Of a DNA stretch of 64,000 nt, positions 50,491 to 57,848 are shown in pieces. Both the position numbers and the translations under genes were made by a program. The DNA is from Candidatus Bathyarchaeia archaeon. Lineage in GTDB: Archaea; Thermoproteota; Bathyarchaeia; 40CM-2-53-6. The stretch lies in assembly GCA_049517415.1 (NCBI GenBank), contig JBEKSC010000001.1, positions 64,001 to 128,000 of the forward strand. Direction: 5' to 3'. The notes under the pieces are model-generated. The model made no database searches, was not told where the DNA came from, and saw only the letters and a program-made list of their open reading frames with translations. Position 1 is the first letter of the stretch. Each line of letters starts with the position of its first letter.

Positions 50491-51150
50491 CTAGACGCCT
50501 AGTGCACGGCTGATTTGCATCAGTTCAGCGCCGCGCGTCAATGGGCCTACGACAGCGCCCTTAGTATTCGCAAGTATCCCTGACTTGACGAATGGTACGC
50601 CACCGTTGGTGGAACTCTGTTCTACGGTCACATGCAATGCAGATGCAATCATTGACTGTTCTTCATTGAGCGCATTCGGGCTAACCAAAGCGCCTTTGTT
50701 AGTAGCTATAGCTAGGGAGCCAACAAAAGGCAATGCCCCAATTTCGCCCAAAGCAGAGGTCACTTCCAAGTGTTGATTCACGGCTGTAATTATCTCCGGA
50801 GGGGCGTCTTTGTGTATGACCGCACCGAGGTCGTTTGTCAAAACCACATTCCCCAGCGCAGTCCAGTTGGACTCGACTACTACCACTTTCGTGAATTCTT
50901 CAATCCTTTCTAATTCGTATTGTCGAATCGTGTGGGGAACCAGCACTCCGTTAGAGTTTCCGGTAACCAGCGCTCCTACTAAAGTGGAGCCGCCTATCGT
51001 GGTCTTGCAAACGCTTACGCCAAGCGTTTCTGTGAGTTGGTTGATCTTGCGGTTTGTTAGGCCTGGCGGCACTATGGCTACTTTTTCATTGCAGAAGCAA
51101 TATACGCCAATATTCGGGCTGCCGAAAACATCGGCTAGGATGACGGTCAT
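50491..51150 (-). CDS. eif6: Translation initiation factor aIF6
   Basis: NIGVY, GNSNG, LGNVVLTND, NGG.PFV, ANTKGAVVG. Confidence 0.94.
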   Translation of the reverse strand: MTVILADVFGSPNIGVYCFCNEKVAIVPPGLTNRKINQLTETLGVSVCKTTIGGSTLVGALVTGNSNGVLVPHTIRQYELERIEEFTKVVVVESNWTALGNVVLTNDLGAVIHKDAPPEIITAVNQHLEVTSALGEIGALPFVGSLAIATNKGALVSPNALNEEQSMIASALHVTVEQSSTNGGVPFVKSGILANTKGAVVGPLTRGAELMQISRALGV

Positions 51151-51192
51151 TCCTAGAGTCCCATAATGCCAGGTCGGCGAGCCAATACTGGT

Positions 51193-51618
51193 TTACGCCG
51201 CTTTTGCTGGGTAGACTATTACTTTACCTTCCTTATCCTTGACGGCACGAACTGTAATCTTCCTAGGCGGCTTGTTGATGCTTCGAGACCAGAGTGCCGC
51301 ATTAACTTCGTTGCTCATCGCTACCTCCTCTGCTTTCATGTGACGAGCAACGAAATCCCTTACGTCTCTTACCGCCCTCGGTGCCCTTTTGCCTCGAGCC
51401 GTTACGACCCAAACATGTCGGAGTGAAATCGTGTAGATTTTTTCCTCGACTACTTCTATTTCTTCTTCTCCTTCGGCCTCTTCTTCTTCGGCTGCAGGAG
51501 CTGTTTCGACGGGCGCCTTCTCTTCTTCTACCGGCTCAATAGCTTCGCTAACGGGCTCTTCCAGTTTTTCTTCTTCTGCCTCCACAACTTCTTCCTCTTT
51601 CGGCTCTGGTTCACTCAT
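51193..51618 (-). CDS. rpl31e: Ribosomal protein eL31 with long acidic N-terminal extension
   Basis: EKIYTISL, KRAPRAV, RHMK, W.RSINKPPRKI. Confidence 0.93.
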   Translation of the reverse strand: MSEPEPKEEEVVEAEEEKLEEPVSEAIEPVEEEKAPVETAPAAEEEEAEGEEEIEVVEEKIYTISLRHVWVVTARGKRAPRAVRDVRDFVARHMKAEEVAMSNEVNAALWSRSINKPPRKITVRAVKDKEGKVIVYPAKAA

Positions 51619-51635
51619 TTAGGCTGTTTCTCCCT

Positions 51636-51791
51636 TTACGCTTTCAGCTTGGTCCTTCGCCAGTGCCGTTTCTTCGGGTGAGTCCTAGTGTGGCCAGATG
51701 TCCTCGCCATCACCCATGTTGGGACAGGTTTTCTAGTTTTGCCCGCACTAGCGAGCCTACGTTTTCGCGCTGTTGGTTTATTTCGTGCCAT
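51636..51791 (-). CDS. rpl39e: Ribosomal protein eL39 (not in ORF track)
   Basis: [14 protein letters not shown]...VPTWVMART...[14 protein letters not shown]. Confidence 0.96.
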   Translation of the reverse strand: MARNKPTARKRRLASAGKTRKPVPTWVMARTSGHTRTHPKKRHWRRTKLKA

Positions 51792-51794
51792 AAG

Positions 51795-52145
51795 TTAAGC
51801 TCTCCTAATTCTAATTTCCTTTCGTGAAGATTGTAGGCGGGCGAGCGCTTCCTTCAATTGCTCATCACTAATTGGAACTTTGATTCTTCCCGACTGTGCT
51901 AGTTGAATGAGCTGTAATTCGATTTGATCTGCGAATTCGGGTTTTACCATTCTGATGTTGGTCAACCTTTGCCTTGCCTCAGGGGTCAGTATCTGTTTAA
52001 GTGCACTTTGTTTTTGGGCTTCGATTTGTCTGCGGGTTTCTGCTTGCCTCTGTTCATCTATTGCTGAGCGTTGTAGGTCTGAGTATCTCCTTCGCCTAAT
52101 CTCTTCAAGTTCCTCGTCGGAGTAATCTTCATCCTCACTCATCAT
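51795..52145 (-). CDS. PDCD5-family DNA-binding protein
   Basis: ELEEIRRRR, ILTPEARQRL.NIRMVKPE, LIQLAQSG. Confidence 0.94.
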   Translation of the reverse strand: MMSEDEDYSDEELEEIRRRRYSDLQRSAIDEQRQAETRRQIEAQKQSALKQILTPEARQRLTNIRMVKPEFADQIELQLIQLAQSGRIKVPISDEQLKEALARLQSSRKEIRIRRA

Positions 52146-52588
52146 GACTGGCCTTCCGCCTTCTGGGCACCCTTCAAAACATCGGCAGCAACTCGGTTGA
52201 GAAGGCTGATTCCTTCAGGCGTAAGCTTCCTACCCTTTTTGGCCTCAACGGCAATGAAACCTGCTTTCTGAAGTTGCTGAAGCGGTTCTCTAATAGCTGA
52301 GCCGCCGGCTACTCTGGAATGCTCAATATGCGTCCCATGACGTAAACGGCCTCCATACTCGACCCGAAGGCGGGCTATCCCCACTGGTCCGTGCAGGTAC
52401 AGTTTTCTTAGGAGGGAAGCGCAACGATTGTACCACCAATCCGGACTTGCCGGGGGGCGTTCCCGATGAGATCCTGTTTTTGCGGTCAATGCCCAACTTG
52501 GTGGTGCAACTTCACCTACGTTCTCCTTCAGGAATTTCGAGAGATTGTTGATTAGGGTATCTGAAGGAACATCTAGCGGTGTTGGCAT
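52142..52588 (-). CDS. rps19e: Ribosomal protein eS19
   Basis: KTGSHRERPP, DWWY.R.ASLLRKLY, YGG. Confidence 0.96.
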   Translation of the reverse strand: MPTPLDVPSDTLINNLSKFLKENVGEVAPPSWALTAKTGSHRERPPASPDWWYNRCASLLRKLYLHGPVGIARLRVEYGGRLRHGTHIEHSRVAGGSAIREPLQQLQKAGFIAVEAKKGRKLTPEGISLLNRVAADVLKGAQKAEGQS

Positions 52589-52677
52589 TGAGATTCATCC
52601 CGGTAATGGAATCTTGACGGTACAACCGGTGAGCGCCATATAAGTTTAGTTTGGAGAGTACGATCGGTAATTGTATT

Positions 52678-52956
52678 TTACCGCTTTCTTTCAAGTTTGG
52701 TTGTTTCGTGGCGTTTGTAAAGCGTGAAGGTGTGGCCCATAACTTCTACGAGGGTCGAGCCTGTCGAAGATGCTACTCTACCCGCCAAAATTGCGGTTTC
52801 AGTCTCCGCTAAGGCAGATTTCTGAACTTTAACTTTGACCAGTTCACGGCTTTTGAGCTGGTTTGCGACATGTTTCAACAGTTCCTTCGAGACACCTTCT
52901 TTACCAACCCAGATTGTTGGATCGGTTTCCCTGGATCTCGATTGTAACCGTCTCAT
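52678..52956 (-). CDS. YhbY/CRM RNA-binding protein
   Basis: PTIWVGKEG, ELVKVK, GHTFTLYK. Confidence 0.9.
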   Translation of the reverse strand: MRRLQSRSRETDPTIWVGKEGVSKELLKHVANQLKSRELVKVKVQKSALAETETAILAGRVASSTGSTLVEVMGHTFTLYKRHETTKLERKR

Positions 52957-53291
52957 CCGTCTTTTTTCGAAAGTCGTTCCCTCACAGTGGGGTACCGTTT
53001 CTTTGTTCCACAATCCAGGCAGGTAATTAATACCGTTGTCCCAAGGTCGGACCGTGTTCTGACTCGGGAATTAACGCCTGGGACGAGTAAGCTTCCACAT
53101 CCCTTGCAGATGAAAAGCTTCTCTTCCTTAGGTAATCGAACTCCGGCCTTCATTCCGATTCTGCGGGCGAGTTCCACGTACCGTTTCGCCAGGTCCCGAT
53201 CCTTCGGGAAAGTGTTCTTTGCAAGCCCGAGGAGGATACGAATCCGTTCAAGCGCAATCTCTTTGATGTTTCCGCCCTTTCTCCAAACCAA
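52953..53291 (-). CDS. rnp4: RNase P protein component 4 (Rpp21)
   Basis: IALERI, RYVELA, CKGC..LVPG, CLDCG..RYP. Confidence 0.93.
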   Translation of the reverse strand: MVWRKGGNIKEIALERIRILLGLAKNTFPKDRDLAKRYVELARRIGMKAGVRLPKEEKLFICKGCGSLLVPGVNSRVRTRSDLGTTVLITCLDCGTKKRYPTVRERLSKKDG

Positions 53292-53372
53292 TGGGCCGAC
53301 CGCATCAAGGAGTAAGGGGATGATCTTGTAACCTTTTTGTGGCGCCACCGCGACAACGGATTCGACCCCTCC

Positions 53373-54095
53373 ATGGTATTGACCCTCGCTCTTGTAGAAT
53401 CGGCCTTACAGCTTGTCCCACGACAAATACAATCGCATCCACAGATCAAACGATACGCCGAACGAAGGTCAAAGAGCCCAGCTGAGGTTCTACTAGATAG
53501 GGCCTTTCATAATACAGCCATGCGTAAACTCGCTAAGATAGGATATTCGATTCCAGTTGAGAAGATGGGAAGGCCTGACATTATCCACAACACCCTCCTC
53601 CAAGTTCTTGAAACCCCCTTGAATTGGGAGGGACAACTTCGCGTCCTAGTCCATACTCAAGAGGACCAAGTCATCATCATAAATCCGAAAGTGCGTCTAC
53701 CGAAGAATTACGTTCGTTTCGTTGGATTAATTGAGCAACTCTTCGCACAGGGAAAGGTGCCGGAAAAAGGTGAGCCGCTTCTCAGTCTTGAGAAAGGAAA
53801 TGTCCGAAAGCTCGTGCGAATGGTTTCGCCGAACAAAGTCTTCGGGTTCAGTACGTTGGGCAAGCCATCTCTGTTACGGGTTATTTCGAATCAAATAAGT
53901 AGAACAAAAGCTCCTTTAGCTTTTATTGGCGGCTTTCCGAGGGGGCACTTTGCCGAAGAAACTAGGGGCGCGGTGAATGAGATTTTCTGCGTAGACCGAG
54001 AGCCGCTGGATGCATGGGTTGTGGCTGGGCGTTTCGTTTATGACTTTGAATGGGCATTAGGGCTCGCCAAAGACCGCGTAGATCTCATGAGATGA
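53373..54095 (+). CDS. nep1: rRNA pseudouridine N1-methyltransferase Nep1/Emg1
   Basis: ESAL, LLD..FH, GRPDIIH, RLPKNY.RF.GL.EQL, IGGFPRGHF. Confidence 0.93.
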   Translation: MVLTLALVESALQLVPRQIQSHPQIKRYAERRSKSPAEVLLDRAFHNTAMRKLAKIGYSIPVEKMGRPDIIHNTLLQVLETPLNWEGQLRVLVHTQEDQVIIINPKVRLPKNYVRFVGLIEQLFAQGKVPEKGEPLLSLEKGNVRKLVRMVSPNKVFGFSTLGKPSLLRVISNQISRTKAPLAFIGGFPRGHFAEETRGAVNEIFCVDREPLDAWVVAGRFVYDFEWALGLAKDRVDLMR

Positions 54096-54108
54096 AAAGG
54101 CGACTAAC

Positions 54109-54486
54109 ATGAGCGATGATTCGGAACTTGAGAGATTGAAACGCCAACGGTTAGCGGCGATGCAGAAGAGACTGAACGCGAAGCAAGAGCAAACCGCAGT
54201 CACATCTGGAAAACTCGATCCTGTAAAGATTTTAGAGAAAGTTTTCGTGGGACGCGCCTGGGAAGTTTACCATGCGACAAGGCAACAGTATCCTACAATA
54301 GCGGACCAGCTATTTCAAGAACTGGCCGAACTCGTCCGCCTTGGCCGAGTGAAAGGCCAGATTACGGGAGAACAACTATACGGGCTACTCCGCCAGATTG
54401 GTTTGGACGTTAGGCTAGAAACCAAAATCCAAGTCTTGGACCACGGCGAATTAAAGCCAATAGCGGACAAATTCCGGGGCGACTAG
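54109..54486 (+). CDS. Second, divergent PDCD5-like protein
   Basis: DSELERLK, RAWEV...QYP, ITGEQLY.LLR.IG.DVRLETKI. Confidence 0.72.
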   Translation: MSDDSELERLKRQRLAAMQKRLNAKQEQTAVTSGKLDPVKILEKVFVGRAWEVYHATRQQYPTIADQLFQELAELVRLGRVKGQITGEQLYGLLRQIGLDVRLETKIQVLDHGELKPIADKFRGD

Positions 54487-54680
54487 GGTAAGGCATCCTT
54501 AGGCAAATGTTCAGTTTCGTGCGGTTTCCCGTCGCCAGCGTCCACGAAGAGCTTTCCGCATTTTTCGCATCGCCAGGCCTCGAAATCCTTCAGGTGTGAA
54601 GGGGCTGCGCTTTCCAATCGTACGTCGAGGATGTATCTGCCAACAAAATCCATAGGCAGACTGCAATTTGGGCAGCGGAT
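54483..54680 (-). CDS. Zinc-ribbon microprotein lacking a canonical start codon
   Basis: IRCPNCSLPM...AWRCEKCGKLFV; in-frame TGA three codons upstream of the ATC; GAGGGTGA SD-like element 6 nt before it. Confidence 0.6.
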   Translation of the reverse strand: MRCPNCSLPMDFVGRYILDVRLESAAPSHLKDFEAWRCEKCGKLFVDAGDGKPHETEHLPKDALP

Positions 54681-54783
54681 CGTCTTTCACCCTCTACCGA
54701 GTGAGTACGATGCTTTCGCTGCTTCCTAAGTTATACTATTCAGCAACTTCGCCGGAAAAAAAGAGAGGGAAAAGATTCGCTGC

Positions 54784-55671
54784 CTACGTGGTAGTCAGAG
54801 TAGTTGCTGTGTTCGCTACGGTCGTCGTTGCGGTCACAGTTATGGTTGTCGCGCTTGCGGACGTATTTGTCTGTGTGACTGTTTGGTTGCTAGTTATAGT
54901 GAGGGTTATTGTTGCGGCTGATTGCGTTACTGTTTGCGTCGCCGTGACAGTTTGAGTTGCAGCGGAGCTTCCGACGGTCTCTGTGACCGTAGCCGGGTTG
55001 TTAGAAGTCTGAGTTACTGTTTGCGTTACGGTTACGCCTTGATTAGTAGTGATCGTCTGGGTGTTGTTCTGAGTTGAGGTTACAGTGCTTGTTTCGGTTA
55101 CTGTGACGGTTTGGGTCAGCTGACTTGTGCTGCTATTAGTGCTGTTAGTCGTGCTAGTTGTGGTCAGGTTGATAGAGATCGGGCCATTCAGAGATAGGAA
55201 GAAGTCTGAGGCAAGTTTGCTTTGAGGCGAAGTGAAAACCACATTGCTGCCCTGCATGTTGCCGTGCAGAATTAGCTCAGATCCACCTTGTGCATTGGTA
55301 TTGATTTGCAATGAACTCTTGTTGGTTCCTTCACCTTGCCCTCCCGAAAGAGGATAACTTTTGTTGTCGATTTGTAGCGAGCCTGAAAGGCTGCTGAATT
55401 GCATTATGCCGCCATTGGATGCGACGTTACCTGTCAAAGTTAGTGATGCGCTGCTCGAAGCGTTGCTGTTCTTACCTTTTCCGTTACCGTTGCCGTTCCC
55501 ATTTCCGTTACCGTTTCCGATCGGAGTTGCTTGACCTGTTGCGTTGATAGAGAATGTGCCCTGCTGTTGTAGGTGCTGGTCTGCAAAGATTGTTCCGGGC
55601 TGAACTGCGAGTAGTGTGACGACGAGGAGAAATGCTGCTAATGCGAGTTGTCGATTACTTGTTTTTTGCAT
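54784..55671 (-). CDS. Secreted low-complexity protein with (GN)n repeat and Thr-rich tail
   Basis: Signal peptide; GNGNGNGNGNGKGK; TVTQT repeats over the C-terminal ~125 aa. Confidence 0.8.
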   Translation of the reverse strand: MQKTSNRQLALAAFLLVVTLLAVQPGTIFADQHLQQQGTFSINATGQATPIGNGNGNGNGNGNGKGKNSNASSSASLTLTGNVASNGGIMQFSSLSGSLQIDNKSYPLSGGQGEGTNKSSLQINTNAQGGSELILHGNMQGSNVVFTSPQSKLASDFFLSLNGPISINLTTTSTTNSTNSSTSQLTQTVTVTETSTVTSTQNNTQTITTNQGVTVTQTVTQTSNNPATVTETVGSSAATQTVTATQTVTQSAATITLTITSNQTVTQTNTSASATTITVTATTTVANTATTLTTT

Positions 55672-55938
55672 TTATTCCCACCATTTTCCTAGTTCCCTTC
55701 TGGCATGGAGGTAGGTATATCAGTGTTTCGTAATCAGTACAACAATGTTCCATATGGTCGTTCGTGAGCTACGCGTAGGATGGGCAACTACGAAGCGTAG
55801 TCAAGGCTCGAAATCAAGAACCAACAGCGGAGAACCACACCAAGTTTACAGATCTTTCATAGGTGCGCGGTCCACTGACCCACACGCACGAAAATTGCCG
55901 CCTGAACGTTCACGAATGAATTTGCTTGAACTAGGAGA

Positions 55939-56325
55939 CTAGCCCACGATCTTGGTTATCTCCTTGATTATCTCGCCTTCTACATGCCTAGTCCACAGCA
56001 TCTCGGGCACATCTATTGCGAGAAATAATACTGAGAGAAGCAACGCTTCCGCGGCAGCCACCGCTATGTTCTGAATCCACTTTCCAATACCAACACGTAT
56101 TGTGAAGTCATTAGGCTGCCCCGCTATCATTATCGTGAATGCTCGATCTGCTGTAATAATATCCCGCAAGATCCCCGCCTTCTGAGCCTGGATAACTATT
56201 CCTATTGGCGGCGACGTGGATTGAACCTTGTAACCCTCCGATTGGAGTTGTTGCACTAACTGATCAGCTAACTGTTTCAAATCCTTATTCTTGCCTTGGA
56301 AGTGCAGAACCTTCTCAGAGACCAT
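55939..56325 (-). CDS. Hypothetical protein with one hydrophobic segment
   Basis: Compact 128-aa ORF with natural composition; no named family recognised. Confidence 0.7.
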   Translation of the reverse strand: MVSEKVLHFQGKNKDLKQLADQLVQQLQSEGYKVQSTSPPIGIVIQAQKAGILRDIITADRAFTIMIAGQPNDFTIRVGIGKWIQNIAVAAAEALLLSVLFLAIDVPEMLWTRHVEGEIIKEITKIVG

Positions 56326-56539
56326 ATGCATCCGAATGCTCTGCATGTCATGCTCGCTTTAAATCTCTTCTGTGTCCGATCTCACCCCTGCAGGATACCG
56401 GATTTGAACTTGTCATCCGAATTGAAGGCCAGCACACAATTATCACGCGCGGAAGTCTTGCAGTAGAGGGCTCGTTATGATATACTTCCTCTAACGACAG
56501 AAACGGACAGGTCGTTTTAATCTCTCTATGTGAGGGTTA

Positions 56540-56671
56540 TGGTGCGGCCGCCGGGATTTGAACCCGGGCATCTTCTCGCCCCGTGTTAAGAGGCGATCAG
56601 AAGCGTGGCAGGCCTCCGTCAGCAAACTTCCGTTGCTGTTCCCGTCCTAGACCAGGCTAGACTACGGCCGC
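56540..56671 (-). tRNA. tRNA-Gly(GCC) with two introns (29/30: 56614-56639; 45/46: 56570-56597); CCA encoded
   Basis: GCGGCCG/CGGCCGC acceptor, CTGCCAC loop, CCGGG-TTCAAAT-CCCGG; perfect BHB at 45/46 (CTTC/GAAG). Confidence 0.92.
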
Positions 56672-56844
56672 AACGATAACCGTGATGCACAACGTTGCCG
56701 TATAAAACGTTACTTCGATACATGTGTTGATACCCACACTACTCTTGCTGGGGCGTGATAGGTGGAACATCAGAATATCGAATGGCTCAGGGCCTACATC
56801 GACTCGATAGCGGATGCATGTCCCTCAGATTATGTTCCTATCGT

Positions 56845-57624
56845 TCATTTGCCTTTGAAGCGGGGTGGTCGTTTCTCTTGAAAAGCCCGGATTCCCTCTG
56901 CGTAGTCTTCGCTGTCGTAAACAATGCGCCGGTAGCTTTGGATTCTTTCCGCGGTTTCCGCATCGATAGTGGCCCCTTTCGAGAGGAGCGTGAACTGTTT
57001 CTTGAAAGCCTTTACTGCTAAGGGGGCGTTCTCAAGGATTTTGTCCGCCAACTCTCGTGTGAAACGTTCAAGGTCTGCTATGGGGACCAGGTGGTTCAAG
57101 ATTCCGACGGTCAGCGCGTCATTTGCGGTTATCGGGGTAGCAGTGAAGAACATCTCTTTCGCCTTGTTCAAACCGAGTGCGTTGATGAAGTGCATCATTC
57201 CGGAAGCGGTGTATGGAACTCCAATTTTTGCGGGTGTGATAGCGAAGGACGCGGTCTCAGAACCGACCAGTATGTCGCAAGTAAGCGCGAGGTCGCAGGC
57301 ACCGCCCCAGACACCGCCCTCAATCATGGCTAAGACCGGGCCAGAAAAGCTTTGGACGCGCCGTAGGAGGCGCCCGAACGGGGCTGCGTAGGCGAGCGGG
57401 TCCCTCCCGGGATGGGGGAGCTCATTAACATCATAGCCAGCGCTCCACACCTTCACGCCTGGCTGGGCACGCAGTATGACCACTCGAACTCCTGAAGCTT
57501 CGAACTCGTCTAGTGCGTTGCAGAACTCAAGGATCAACGCCGCGCTGAGAGAATTGCGCTTCTCAGGATTGTTAAGTGTGATTACGCCGAGCGCTCCGTC
57601 AACCTTCTTGAGAATTAGCGGCAT
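56845..57624 (-). CDS. scpB: Crotonase-fold methylmalonyl-CoA decarboxylase
   Basis: KVWSAGYDV.ELP..GRDPLAY, GGVWGGAC, ITPAKIGVPY, VYDSEDY.EG. Confidence 0.8.
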   Translation of the reverse strand: MPLILKKVDGALGVITLNNPEKRNSLSAALILEFCNALDEFEASGVRVVILRAQPGVKVWSAGYDVNELPHPGRDPLAYAAPFGRLLRRVQSFSGPVLAMIEGGVWGGACDLALTCDILVGSETASFAITPAKIGVPYTASGMMHFINALGLNKAKEMFFTATPITANDALTVGILNHLVPIADLERFTRELADKILENAPLAVKAFKKQFTLLSKGATIDAETAERIQSYRRIVYDSEDYAEGIRAFQEKRPPRFKGK

Positions 57625-57764
57625 TCGAGAGTCACCCCATTGTCCTATGGCTTACGAAGTTTCTTGGAATGCACGTTGAAGAACTTACCTGCACCTTCGG
57701 GGGCTCACCCTGCTTTCGTACTAGCGTAACATAATCGGGTTCGGAATTCGCATTTGCGTATTAC

Positions 57765-57778
57765 TTCAACATGTTGAA
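57765..57778. promoter_or_regulatory. 14-bp perfect palindrome TTCAACATGTTGAA between divergent scpB and ppsA
   Basis: Read directly; about 70 nt upstream of the ppsA start. Confidence 0.55.
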
Positions 57779-57848
57779 ATATAGTACGAACGTTATGCGG
57801 AAGCTCGTTCACTTTCACTCACAAAAATCGCGGATTTGAGGATTCGTA

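Noticed and set aside
46611..50502. Inverted repeats at the inversion breakpoints (AGGCGTC / GACGCCT)
   Set aside because: Only about 7 nt, and the right copy lies inside the eif6 coding end; expected by chance
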